Shown: positions 40,630-53,180, counted from the stretch's first letter. The stretch is 64,000 nt of DNA from Eledone cirrhosa (GCA_964016885.1 OZ024757.1:21204001-21268000); one strand, 5' to 3'. Notes: a model not told the origin generated them from the sequence alone. Program-made: numbers and translations.

Positions 40630-41145
40630 CGACCTTTAGGTTCCCGGACAGACGATCATCCATGAAACTCGCGAGCCATGTATGGTCCCTCAAGGACTCA
40701 GGTATAGACTACTTCATTCAATGGAAAGCCATCACTAAGTCCAAGTCATACGCAAGGGGCAATCCTTCTTGTAGACTCTGTATTGATGAACGGATGAATA
40801 TTCTAAGGAGATTATGCAATAGCGATTGCCTCAATTCAAGAAATGAAATCTTCACACGTTGTCCACATGTCTTACATAACTACAAAGCTCCGGATTGAAT
40901 AACAACAACATTCTAATTTTCTCATCAACTCGAACTACTTTTCGGACTTTCACACGCAGTTATCTCCCTTACACCTTTCGCCCGTGGCATTGTACCGCTT
41001 GGGTGAAGTGACTGTTTCTGCGCATGCGCGTTCATATGGTTGTTCTTCCTATTCCGTATAACCATGACCAGTACGAGCTGAGGATCCGCTAAGGTGAAAC
41101 AATTGTTCTTGGTATGGTGAACTAACTGTTGTGTTACCACTTCTA
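40630..41145 (+). mobile_element. Penelope-like (Naiad-type) element 3' end: endonuclease C-terminus plus pLTR
   Basis: KLASHVWSLKDSG..IQWKAI..Y..CRLCIDER..LNSRNEIFTRCPH; hammerhead downstream; ends in (TA)n. Confidence 0.8.
41067..41118 (+). ncRNA. Minimal hammerhead motif in a Penelope-like pLTR
   Basis: ACCAGTACGAG-CTGAGGA-TCC(GCTAA)GGT-GAAA-CAATTG-TT-CTTGGTATGGT. Confidence 0.7.
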
Positions 41146-41743
41146 TAATATATATATATATAGCAGTAGTGGTGGTAATGATGGCAGCGGTAATCGCAGT
41201 GGTGTTGTTGCTGGTGATGACATGATGATAGTGTTAGTAGTGATGATAATGGTAGGGGGTGATGGCATGTGGAGGTAATGGTGAGGATGATGCTGGTGGT
41301 GTTTGTAGTGATGATGATGATGGGGGCTATTGAAGTAGATGGGTGTGGCTAGTGGTGATAGAAGAATGGTGAGAGAAATGAGGGCTAAAAGAACACACCT
41401 ATTACTGTTGTTTTATTATGAGTTATCACTAAAACAGTTTTACTGCCCTAACTCCAGAAATAATATATCTTATCTAGAAAGATTTTCTTTCAGAAAGGAT
41501 TAAATTTAGATTATATATATATATATTTTACTGAAGTATGTACACATGTGTTTATATATAAATATACACAAATTATGTCTATAAAACACAGATATATACT
41601 CATTAAAAATAACAGAAGGCCGAACTGGAGACTTTCTCTAAAATTCTAATACCACAAACATTTTAAAGAAAGTTTGTTGGTTTTAATGAATATTTAACTC
41701 TGTTCCTGACACACACATACATATATGTGTGCGTGTATATATA

Positions 41744-41776
<33 letters not shown>

Positions 41777-41864
41777 TATATACGTAACTAACAACTAACA
41801 AGAGGCCATTTGCATGATTGCAAACAAATATTATTATTAATATTCGAAAAACTCATTTCATTAC

Positions 41865-41931
<67 letters not shown>

Positions 41932-42142
41932 CGTTTCTGAATTTGTTTAGCAAGATTCTTTATCTGAAATCGTGTGTTGAAACCGATATTGTTATACTTT
42001 GGGAGGGTCATGTTGCCAATAAGAAACACACGCACCAGTTGCTTTCACTTCAATTTATTATAATAAATTTATAATAAATTTATAAATTTATAAATTTCTG
42101 GTTGGTTGGTTGGTTCCACAACCAGATAGTTGTTTATATATT

Positions 42143-42185
42143 GTCATAGTTCTTTCGTCACACACTCTGTGACCTCTTCAGTGAC
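42143..42185 (-). ncRNA. Minimal hammerhead motif
   Basis: Minus strand GTCA-CTGAAGA-G-GTCACA(GAGTG)TGTGAC-GAAA-GAAC-TA-TGAC; one unpaired G at the base of stem II. Confidence 0.62.
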
Positions 42186-42877
42186 TGGGGATTCCTTTCT
42201 TTGTTTTTGTGCATCTCCTTTGTTCTGTCCTACGCCATTTTGTTTCTGTGTGTGTGTTGTGTGCTCAGTCTGCGCATGCGCCACATCCGGGTGTCTGTGT
42301 GTGTTTATGTTCATTTATTTATTTGTTTATTTACATGTTACTGGTTGGTTGTTTGTTCTATGTGTGTGTATGTTTTCATTTTGTCCTTAATTGTAAGTTG
42401 TGATGTTGCTGTTCCACTCATATTTTCTATTTAATTTTGGTTGTAATTCTTTTATGTTTATTGCCTCACAGAGGAGAAGCTTGTCATCCCCCCCCCCCCC
42501 CCCCATACCCCAGCAAACACTAACCTCTGATTTAGCCTCAGAAGGCTTCTTCGTGTTATTGTTGTTGTTGTTGGTGTGGTTTACATGAAACAAACAAAAA
42601 CAAATAAACCTCCAAAAATTCAATGTTAACAGAAGAATACAAAAAATGTACTAAAAATAGATAACACCATTTTAAATTGGCTGAAAAAAACAAAACAAAA
42701 GAATGGTTTCTGAGCTGAAAAAGTCAAATTGGGAGGGAATGTCTCTTAAATAATCCATTATTTCACCAATTTGGGAGGGAATGTCTCTTAAATAATCCAT
42801 TATTTCACCAATTTTGACATTCAGTGATATATTTAAATGTTGCTGCCCTGTTTCACTATTGATTTACAGACACAGAA

Positions 42878-43038
42878 AGCAGCAACAGCAGCAGTAGCAA
42901 CAGCAGCAGCAGCAACAGCAATAGCAACAGCAACAGCATCAGCAGCAACAGCAGCAGTAGCAACAGCAGCAGCAGTAGCAACAGCAGTAGCAATAGCAAC
43001 AGCTGCAATACCAACAGCAGCAATAGCAATAGCTATAG
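42878..43038. repeat. (GCA/ACA/GTA)n trinucleotide tract
   Basis: Directly visible. Confidence 0.9.
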
Positions 43039-43296
43039 TAAAGAATTACCACTTCACTTATTTATTATTGTTCATTTTCCAAGATTTCTACAAATTCCCA
43101 AATCATTCGATAGAATTTGATTATTTTCTATATTTGTGTTGTTTTAGTGAAATGCAGCCTATTCCCTCAATAAAAACCTTATATTTAACCAAGTATTTAC
43201 TCTGCAGATAAAATAGGAGCCTAACGGATTTACCAATAATCTATTTGGCACACTGATGAAATTACAGGCAATCTGTTAACTGTGGGACATATAACA

Positions 43297-43376
<80 letters not shown>

Positions 43377-43647
43377 TGTTGGTGCCACAACAAATGAGAC
43401 CGTGTAGGTGTCACGACAAAAAAACACACAGTCCACGCTGTAATGTGGCCGTGTAGGCAACACGGTAAAAACCTCCCAGCCCCACACTGTAAATGTGGTT
43501 GGTGTTAGGAACGGCATCCAGCTGTAGAAAACCCGCCAGACAGTCCTATGCGAGCAAGTCAACCACTCTTACCTCAAGTGGGAAAACTCCCGTCCAAACC
43601 CATGCAAGCGTGGAATATGGACGGTAAACGATGATGATGATGATATA

Positions 43648-44020
43648 ATATTAATTCAAAATATTAACAAAATAGATATTCTTGTGATCAAGTATATTTT
43701 ATTATACATATTTCAGAGGTACTGAGTTAAGTTCAACAGTACGTCCTCATCAGATAAAATAAGATGATGCATGACATACCCTGACATACTAGATGGTTAA
43801 GCTTCAGTCATGACTGAATCTTAACCATCTAGTATGTCAGGACGTACTGTTGAACTTAAATCAGTACCTCTGAAATATGTATAATAAAATATACTTGATC
43901 ACAAGAATATCTATTTTGTTAATATTTTGAATTAATGTTAATAACTCTGGAAAACCATTTCTGTTGAGTGCTTCCAATCTATTGTAAAACTTATTCTTTG
44001 ATTTATTCATTGAACCTTGT
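43648..44020. mobile_element. Hammerhead-bearing foldback element (family F-related), copy 3
   Basis: Near-perfect palindrome 43648-43940 centred at 43810/43811, with a ~30-nt segment present only in the left arm; flank TGTTGAGTGCTT matches AAGCACTCAACA of the other copies. Confidence 0.85.
43695..43761 (-). ncRNA. Minimal type-I hammerhead ribozyme (best-preserved copy)
   Basis: Minus strand TATTTTAT-CTGATGA-GGACGTACTG(TTGAACTTAACT)CAGTACCTCT-GAAA-TATGTA-TA-ATAAAATA; perfect 8-bp stem I, intact core. Confidence 0.82.
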
Positions 44021-44059
44021 TTAACTTATATATATATATATATATATATACACATACAT

Positions 44060-44405
44060 ACATCATCATCATTTAACGTCTATATTCCACGCTAGCATGG
44101 GTTTAGACGGGAATTGTTCCACTTGAGGCAAGATTGGTTGTCTCGCTTGTATGAGACTGTCTGGCAGGTTTTCTACAGCTGGATCCCCTTCCTAACACCA
44201 ACCTCATCTACAGTGAGTGTTGGGTGCTTTTTTTTCCGTGGCGCCTACACTACCATTTTACAGTGTGGGCTGGGTGGTTTTTTGCCGTGGCACCTCCACT
44301 ACCACTTTGCAGTGGAATGATAGGGACCCCAGTCCTATCATCTCATTGAACTCACAACCTTTTAATTGCAAGGCCAATGCTCTAACCACTAAGCCATGCT
44401 CCTTC
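44060..44405 (-). mobile_element. Family A-related SINE with an internal deletion
   Basis: Reverse complement has the tRNA head and RTE-like tail. Confidence 0.85.
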
Positions 44406-44424
44406 ATATATATATATATATTAA

Positions 44425-44650
44425 GTGAAGGCGTGTGGCTGAGTGGTTAGAGTATTGGATTCACAATCGTGAGGTTGTGAGTTCGATTCTTGAACCAGGC
44501 GATGCGTTATGTCCTTGAGCAAGACACTTTATTTCACGTTGCTCCTTCTACCTGGAGTTGCGACCGATAGATAGTATTAGCAATTGGAAAGACCAACGGA
44601 AACATAGTTTCCTCGGTCCGATTTGACGAAAGTCGATCGACTAGAATAAA
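44425..44650 (+). mobile_element. tRNA-derived SINE with a distinct 3' end, head-to-head with the preceding SINE
   Basis: A-box TGGCTGAGTGG, B-box GAGTTCGATTC, central GTCCTTGAGCAAGACACTTTATTTCAC. Confidence 0.8.
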
Positions 44651-45074
44651 ATATATATATATATACATATCTACATGTGTATATACATATTTACACGTTT
44701 TTGGATGGCCTTCGACTCTTATGAGTTCTTCCACCCTTTGTCAGGTTTTGTTTTTTGTCCTGCAGGGTGTCCAAAATCACCCTCCTCATCAAATAAACTC
44801 CGTCGGGTTGCCGGTTTAGTCGCCGACGACAAGACCATGTGACAGGTAACCCAGTACAACCTGACATATACATACATGCATATATAAACACATGCATACT
44901 TACACACACACACATACACGTGCATGTATACAAATGCACATATATACATACATGTTTGCATGCATCCTCTAATATAATAGCCGTGTGTATTTGTCCGTCA
45001 CACACTAGAGATGACTGAGGAAGGAAGGGGGTGTCTAATACACACACATCTATGTGATGACTGAGGAAAGGGGA

Positions 45075-46910
45075 GGGTGGTATTGATGCTATTGGTGTTG
45101 CTGTTGTTGGTGGTGGGGATGAGAGTGGTAGTGGTGGTGGTGTTGGTGTTGGTGGTGGTGGTGGTAGTGTTGTTGGTGGTGGTGGTGTTGTTGGTGGTGA
45201 TGATAGTGGTAGTGGTGGAGATAGTGGTAGTGTTGTTGGTGGTGGTAGTGGTATTGGTGGTGTCGTTGGTGGTGTTGTTGTTGGTGGTGGTGTTGGTGGT
45301 GATGATAGTGGTAGTGGTGGTGGTGTTGGTAGTAGTGGTGCTGTTGCTGATAGTGGTAGTGGTGGTGGCGGTAGTGGTGATAGTGTTAGTGGTGGTGTTG
45401 TTGGTGGTGATGATAGTGGTAGTGGTGGTGGTGTTGGTGGTGGTGATGATAGTGGTAGTGGTGGTGGTGTTGGTGGTGGTGATAGTGGTAGTGGTGTTGG
45501 TGGTGGTGATAGTGGTAGTGGTGGTGGTGTTGGTGGTGGTGGTAGTGGTGGTGGTGTTGGTGGTGATGATAGTGGTGTTGGTGGTGGTGTTGTTGGCAGT
45601 GGTGTTGGTGTTGGAGGTGATGATAGTGGTAGTGGTGGTGGTGTTGGTGGTGATGATAGTGGTAGTGGCGTTGGTGGTGGTGATAGTGGTAGTGGTGTTG
45701 GTGTTGGTGGTGGTGATAGTGGTAGGGGTGGTGTTGTTGGTGGTGATGATAGTGGTAGTGGTGTTGGTGTTGGTGGTGGTGATAGTGGCAGTGGTGTTGG
45801 TGTTGTTGGCAGTGGTGTTGGAGGTGATGATAATGGTAGTGGTGGTGGTGTTGGTGGTGATGATAGTGGTAGTGGCGTTGGTGGTGGTGATAGTGGTAGG
45901 GGTGGTGGTGTTGGTGGTGATGATAGTGGTAGTGGTGGTGGTGTTGGTGGTGATGATAGTGGTAGTGGTGTTGGTGGTGGTGGTGATGATAGTGGTGGTG
46001 ATGATAGTGGTAGTGGTGGTGTTGTTGGTGGTGGTGATAGTGGTAGTGGTAGTGTTGTTGGTGGTGGTGTTGTTGGTAGTGGTGTTGGTGTTGGTGGTGA
46101 TGATAGTGGTGGTGGTGTTGGTGGTGATGATAGTGGTAGTGGTGATGATAGTGGTGGTGGTGTTGGTGGTGATGATAGTGGTAGTGGTGGTGTTGTTGGT
46201 GGTGGTGATAGTGGTGGTGGTGTTGGTGGTGATGATAGTGGTAGTGGTGATGATAGTGGTGGTGGTGTTGGTGGTGATGATAGTGGTAGTGGTGGTGGTG
46301 TTGGTGGTGATGATAGTGGTAGTGGTGTTGGTGGTGGTGGTGATGATAGTGGTGGTGGTGTTGGTGGTGGTGGTGATGATAGTGGTGGTGGTGTTGGTGG
46401 TGATGATAGTGGTAGTGGTGGTGTTGTTGGTGGTGGTGATAGTGGTGGTGGTGTTGGTGGTGATGATAGTGGTAGTGGTGATGATAGTGGTGGTGGTGTT
46501 GGTGGTGATGATAGTGGTAGTGGTGGTGTTGTTGGTGGTGGTGATAGTGGTAGTGGTGGTGGTGTTGGTGGTGATGATAGTGGTAGTGGTGGTGGTGTTG
46601 GTGGTGATGATAGTGGTAGTGGTGGTGGTGGTGATGATAGTGGTGGTGGTGTTGGTGGTGGTGGTGATGATAGTGTTAGTGGTGCTGGTGTTGGTGGTGG
46701 TGATAGTGGTAGTGGTGTTGGTGGTGGTGATAGTGGTAGTGGTGTTGGTGTTGGTGGTGGTGTTGTTGGTAGTGGTGGTGGTGTTGGAGGTGATGATAGT
46801 GGTAGTGGTGATGATAGTGGTGGTGGTGGTGATAGTGGTGGTGGTGGTGATGGCGGTGGTGGTAGTGGTAGTAGTGGTGGTGGTAGCGGTAGTGGTGGTA
46901 GTAGTGAAGA
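45075..46910. repeat. 1.8-kb degenerate (GGT/GAT/AGT/GTT)n trinucleotide tract
   Basis: Directly visible; register-preserving triplets explain the poly-Pro/Thr/Val ORFs. Confidence 0.95.
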
Positions 46911-47059
46911 TGAAAGGGAGATAACTGTCTGAAACGTGACAGCAGCAGCAGCAGCAGCAGCAACATACAAATATAGTTGTTGTTGTTGTCTTTTCTGTGA
47001 TTTGTTGTATTGGTGCAGTGACACACACGCACCTTCTGCTGCAGTGCACAGGAGGTGCG

Positions 47060-47657
47060 TGTGTGTCACTGTGTATGTGTGTGTCTATATATATATATAT
47101 GTGTGTGTGGGCCTGTATGTGTACACACAGTGTGAATATGTGTCAGGGTGTGTGTATGTGTATGTTAAAGTATGTAGTGTGTGTGTGTGTGTGTATGTGT
47201 ATGTTAAAGTATGTAGTGTGTGTGTGTGTATGTGTGTATGTGAACGTCTATGTATGTATGTATGTATGTATGTGTGTATGTGTGTATGTATGTGCATGTG
47301 TATGTGAAAGTGTATGTATGTATGTATGCACATGTGTATGTCTGTGTGTCTGTGTATGCATGTGTGCACATGTGTGTGTCTGTGTGCGCATGTGTGCACA
47401 TGTGTGTCTGTGTGTGTCTGGGTATGCATCTGTGCACATGTGTGTGTCTGTGTATGCATGTGTGCACATGTGTGTGTCTGTGTGCGCATGTGTGCACATG
47501 TGTGTGTCTGTGTGTGTCTGGGTATGCATGTGTGCGCAGGAGTGTGTCTGTATGTATGTGTATGGATGTGTGTGTGTCTGTATGCATGTGTGCACATGTG
47601 TGTGTCTGTGTATGCATGTGTGCACATGTGTGTCTGTCTGTATGCGCATGTGTGCAT
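47060..47657. repeat. Degenerate (TG)n minisatellite
   Basis: TGCATGTGTGCACATGTGTGTGTCTGTG repeated. Confidence 0.9.
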
Positions 47658-47903
47658 CTAGAGAGCTGTTGCAGGTTTGCACAGTATGAAACCCTTTGAT
47701 GTGGAGCTAATTGACAGTACTGTGTTTCTGGCAAGATACCCGATATCTTAAAAGTGAAACTAGTGCAGCAGCAGGTATGATGATGATGATAGGATTTCCT
47801 TATTAACCACACAGGGCTCACATTAAGAAAACATTAAAGACGGTACATAATGATACAGTGGGGGTGGGGGGGGGGGGGTGTAAGATAAAATTTATAACAG
47901 AGA

Positions 47904-49665
47904 TTAACCCTTTACCATTTACATTACTCTATAGATACTATTATATATTCATGGTAAAGGCTTTACCTCACATAACATTCACATTACTCTATATATACTA
48001 TTATATATTCATGGTAAAGGCTTTACCTCACATAACATTCACATTACTCTATATATACTATTATATATTCATGGTAAAGGCTTTACCTCACATAACATTC
48101 ACATTACTCTATATATACTATTATATATTCATGGTAAAGGCTTTACCTCACATAACATTTACATTACTCTATATATACTATTATATGTTCATGGTAAAGG
48201 CTTTACCTCACATAATATCTCACATAACATTCACATTACTCTAAATATACTATTGTATTTTCATGGTAAAGGCTTTACCTCACATAATATCTCACATAAC
48301 ATTTACATTACTCTATATATACTATTGTATTTTCATGGTAAAGGCTTTACCTCACATACTATCTCACATAACATTTACATTACTCTATATATACTATTGT
48401 ATTTTCATGGTAAAGGCTTTACCTCACATAATATCTCACATAACATTTACATTACTCTATATATACTATTGTATTTTCATGGTAAAGGCTTTACCTCACA
48501 TACTATCTCACATAACATTCACATTACTCTATATATACTATTGTATTTTCATGGTAAAGGCTTTACCTCACATAACATTCACATTACTCTATATATACTA
48601 TTGTATGTTCATGGTAAAGGCTTTACCTCACATAATATCTCACATAACATTTACATTACTCTATATATACTATTATATATTCATGGTAAAGGCTTTACCT
48701 CACATATTATCTCACATAACATTTACATTACTCTATATATACTATTATATATTCATGGTAAAGGCTTTACCTCACATATTATCTCACATAACATTCACAT
48801 TACTCTATATATACTATTATATTTTCATGGTAAAGGCTTTACCTCACATATTATCTCACATAACATTTACATTACTCTATATATACTATTATATATTCAT
48901 GGTAAAGGCTTTACCTCACATATTATCTCACATAACATTCACATTACTCTATATATACTATTATATTTTCATGGTAAAGGCTTTACCTCACATATTATCT
49001 CACATAACATTTACATTACTCTATATATACTATTATATATTCATGGTAAAGGCTTTACCTCACATATTATCTCACATAACATTCACATTACTCTATATAT
49101 ACTATTATATTTTCATGGTAAAGGCTTTACCTCACATAATATCTCACATAACATTTACATTACTCTATATATACTATTATATTTTCATGGTAAAGGCTTT
49201 ACCTCACATAATATCTCACATAACATTCACATTACTCTATATATACTATTGTATTTTCATGGTAAAGGCTTTACCTCACATAATATCTCACATAACATTC
49301 ACATTACTCTATATATACTATTGTATTTTCATGGTAAAGGCTTTACCTCACATAATATCGCACATAACATTCACATTACTCTATATATACTATTGTATTT
49401 TCATGGTAAAGGCTTTACTTCACATAATATCTCACATAACATTCACATTACTCTATATATACTATTATATTTTCATGGTAAAGGCTTTACCTCACATAAT
49501 TATTTCACATAATATCGAATCTATGAGATTTTGAAAGTATTTATTTTGAGAACAATACCTTAACATCAGTATGAGCAACCAGTTACAGCCAGTTTCAACA
49601 GAAAGAGGTAGAGAATTCTGGCCAGATTTGGCCGGTTTGGGCCGGTTTGAACATTAAAGGGTTAA
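47904..49665 (+). mobile_element. Complete piggyBac-like MITE with an internal 60/72-bp satellite
   Basis: TTAA-CCCTTTA...TAAAGGG-TTAA ends; internal array ~47915-49512 with three 60-bp units first, then mostly 72-bp units. Confidence 0.82.
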
Positions 49666-50260
49666 GGATATAAACATTTAAAAAAACCAAACATAAATTC
49701 CCCGAAAGTGATACCTCCAAGTGTTAGTTGTGGTTACCTTGACTGCTAGGACATGTGCCCGTCCCCAGTTGTCCACCAATTTACAGGTGTATACTCAGGG
49801 CAGGCCTTGCCTCTCCCACCCACCTTTTAACAAACTACTCGGAAGGCAACATTTCCCTCTCTATCCTCATTTTCCTCTATGATGATAATAATCTAAACTA
49901 TAATAAAGTAAGGAGTGTGGGACTGCGTCCAGAATATATTATTTTATCCCGGTTGTAAAATAAGTTGGATTACTTTGAATAAATAATGAATAAATATTAC
50001 ATAATTTATCTACCAACATTTGTTGAGCCCTTTAGCTTAAGGTCACTTAAAGAATTTACTTCTCAGGTGAAATACTTATAAAGTTTCTTCATTTTAACGT
50101 ACTTTACTGCGATCCTCCCTTTGCTTAATCTGAGGCTTATTCGAGATACTTTTATATTTACAAGCTTCTCTAAATTATATTCAAAGTAATATTATTCATT
50201 GAGAAAAAGTGTATTACTGACAAATTTTAAAATATATATACATATATATATATGTGTGCA

Positions 50261-50296
<36 letters not shown>

Positions 50297-50299
50297 GTA

Positions 50300-50440
50300 T
50301 AACAAAGGAGGTGTGGTAAGGAACCAGATGGACCATAACGCACCAGAGTACTCAATACTTAGGGTAGTAGAGTGGGTAATAGGACAATGTTTAACCCCGA
50401 CAGCAGAGCTCAAGCCGTTTCAACGGCTATTTCTGGACTC
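50300..50440. mobile_element. Family H repeat, half copy truncated at the hairpin loop
   Basis: Homologous to 16097 and 62110 up to CGGCTATTTCTGGACT. Confidence 0.8.
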
Positions 50441-50451
50441 AAAAATATACA

Positions 50452-50771
50452 TATCATCATCATCATCATTTTGCAAGGGTAGGACGGGAACTGATTCTGG
50501 CTTGATTTCTACAGCTGGATGCCCTTCCTAACACCAACCTCATTTACAGTGAGTGCTGAGTGCTTTTTTGCCGTGGCACCTCCACGACCACTTTGCAGTG
50601 GAATGATAGGGACCCCAGTCCCTATCATCTCATTTCTACAGCTGAGTAAACTGGAGCAATGTGAAATAAAGTGTCTTGCTCAAGGAAACAACACATCACC
50701 CGGTCTGAGAATTGAACTCACAACCTTTCGATTGCAAGGCCAATGCTCTAACTACTAAGCCATGTGCCTCC
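50452..50771 (-). mobile_element. Near full-length family A SINE
   Basis: Near-identical reverse complement of 33648-33978. Confidence 0.92.
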
Positions 50772-51052
50772 ATATATATATATATACAAATTTGAAAACA
50801 TGTCATGCATGGCTAAGATCATACACTGAATAAAAAATTGTTTTGTCTGTTTTTCTGTTGAGGGAGATGTAGAAATATAATAATATATTGAAATAAAAGA
50901 TAAATAAATTTCTTTCTTTCACATGTTTCAACAATAGAAATAGTGAAAAAACTCACTCAAGCTTCATTATTAATATATGGAGAGATTACAACCTGAATAT
51001 TGACTCAAGGAATTTGGTATTAAACATTGATTCCACACAATTCTGTGCCATA

Positions 51053-51340
51053 CAGACAGAGTGGGAATTATGTATAAGCTAAACAAGCTATAGCTTAGGG
51101 CCCCCACTTTCCGAAAAAATTGAAAAAATTGAAAAAAAATTGAAAAAAAATTGAAAAAAAAAACGGTGTGTACATTTCCAAAATATAAGATAAAAATGAA
51201 CTTTAATAATGCAATAGTTTTAAACAGTTTTCTGCTTTAATATTGAACGTTTTGCTGTTTTTATAACATTTTTTATAACATATAAAGGGCCCCATTATCT
51301 CAAATAGCTTAGGGCCTCGTCAAATCTAAATCCGTCTCTG
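51053..51340. mobile_element. Possible hAT-type MITE
   Basis: CAG...CTG ends with degenerate TIR (TAAATCCGTCTCTG) and repeated subterminal GCTTAGGGCC/GGGCCCC motifs. Confidence 0.45.
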
Positions 51341-51949
51341 CATACAGACACACACACATTGACACATATATAGGCACGTGCACACACACAGACACACACA
51401 CACATTGACACGTGCACACACATTGACACATACATAGGCACGTGCACACTTACAGACACACACACATTGACACATACGCACACACACACACATTCACAGA
51501 CACACACACATTGACACATACATAGGCACATGCACACACACATACAGACACACACACACACATTGACACATACATAGGCACATGCATACACACATACACA
51601 CACACATTCACAGACACACACACACATTGACACATACATAGGCACATGCATACACACACACACATTCACATTTTCAGACACACAGACAGATGTCATTTCA
51701 GGAGTCATCATTTTTTAAGCACAGTCAGTCCTTCCCCTACCCAGTCACCTTAGTCTGTCTACCTATTTATTGGGTCTGAGTTTGGGATACATCAGATGAC
51801 TGGGTAAGGTGAGGTGTGTGTATGTATGTGTGTATGTGTGTATGTGTGTATAAGTGTATCTTTTTGGTAAATATCATCTTGGTTAAGAGAGTGGGACTGG
51901 CTTTGTGCAGTGCCTTTGCTCACTATAAAAGCTTCATGGCACAGGCATT

Positions 51950-52162
51950 GCTTTATATCTGGAGATCTCTCTGCACTTGTCGTCACATGGTACCATGGGC
52001 CCAGCACTATGTGTCAATAATAGTCACAGGTGTAGTGTTTGTACCAGAGTTTTCAAGTCGCTGGCTGGACTAAAAAGTCACACTCGTTCAGCGCATCGGT
52101 AGGCGTTCTCCTACATGAATATAAAGTAGTGGCCGTACTCGAAAACGAGTTGGCAGCCACCA
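51950..52162 (+). mobile_element. RTE-like LINE 3' end with a terminal C2H2 zinc finger
   Basis: HRCSVCTRVFKSLAGLKSHTRSAHR* (52025-52102) followed by a short hairpin 3' UTR (CTCGAAAACGAG) and a simple-repeat tail. Confidence 0.7.
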
Positions 52163-52355
52163 TGTGTGTATGTATGTCTGTGTATATGCATGTTCACAAC
52201 ATTCTATCTCACTAGCAGTTCTCTTGGCCACAAGGAGGACCTTAACTGTTGAGGACACACAGCCTGGGAGGGGTAAATACTTTGCAGTACACTACAGATA
52301 TTTGGTCATCTGTTAGACCCTCATCCTCAGCTGATACAAATATCTTTACAAACAT

Positions 52356-52430
52356 ACTTACAGTTCGGAATTCATTACATGACGGCAAATTTCAAAAGAC
52401 TTACCTGAAAATATACAAAAAAAAGAAACA
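52356..52430 (-). other. Candidate recursive splice site or 43-nt micro-exon (52362-52404)
   Basis: Minus strand polypyrimidine tract ending TGTATATTTTCAG|GTAAGT, then a second GTAAGT 43 nt downstream. Confidence 0.5.
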
Positions 52431-52480
52431 TTGTTAAATATACAATAAAATTTTGTTATACAAAATTTGAAATATAGAAA

Positions 52481-52833
52481 CATCATCATCATCATCATCA
52501 TCATCATCATTTTACGTCTGCTTTTCCCTGCATGCAAGGGTGGGATGGGAACTGATTCTGGCTTGATTTCTACAGCTGGATGCCCTTCCTAACACCAACC
52601 TCATTTACAGTGAGTGCTGGGTGCTTTTTTTGCCGTGGCACCTCCACGACCACTTTGCAGTGGAATGATAGGGACCCCAGTCCCTATCATCTCATTTCTA
52701 CAGCTGAGTAAACTGGAGCAACGTGAAATAAAGTGTCTTGCTCAAGGACACAACACATCACCTGGTCTGAGAATTGAACTCACAATCTTTTGATTGCAAG
52801 GCCAAAGCTCTAACCACTAAGCCATGTGCCTCC
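52481..52833 (-). mobile_element. Full-length family A SINE
   Basis: Near-identical reverse complement of 33648-33978. Confidence 0.92.
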
Positions 52834-52859
52834 ATAGAACATAAATATGTTATGAGGAT

Positions 52860-53180
52860 CAACAGATAAGTCCATAGGCTAACTATGGAAGAGTGACTCT
52901 AGAGCTGTGAAATCGAACTATTTGTTAGCCAAATAGCTAAGCTACGTGTCTTCACAAGCACGTGTACCACACCATTAATGTGATTCTCAAGGAGATAGGT
53001 GGATTAGCTGAAAAGTTCATAGGCTAATTATGAAAGAGTGACTCTAGAGCTGTGAAATCTTGCATGCATTAATTTCAACACTTCTTATTATTAACTGCAT
53101 GGTTTCTTTCCAGAGCTATGTTAAAAAATAAACTTCAGTTGGTCATTCCATGAGAGTATCTTTTCAGGTGACCCTCGTAT
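52860..53180. mobile_element. Mariner-like MITE with partial duplication; inverted homolog at ~54092-54295
   Basis: TIR-like GCTGAAAAGTTCATAGGCT...GACCCTCGTA; shared internal CATTCCATGAGAGTATC and AGAGCTGTGAAATC. Confidence 0.62.

Noticed and set aside
42729-42813. 43-bp direct duplication (similar small ones at ~53305-53410 and ~27835-27960)
   Set aside because: Ordinary local duplications with no further structure
44766-44845. Plus-strand exon (TTTTTTGTCCTGCAG...CAG|GTAACC)
   Set aside because: All three frames contain a stop; the segment looks more like a retroelement UTR fragment on the minus strand
44691-47069. Extensin/mucin-like Pro- or Thr-rich protein
   Set aside because: Trinucleotide simple-sequence tract open in several frames; no convincing splice sites or non-repetitive domain
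52025-52102. Host C2H2 zinc-finger gene exon
   Set aside because: Single finger directly before a stop, followed by a short hairpin UTR and simple-repeat tail typical of RTE-like LINE ends; no TGEKP linkers
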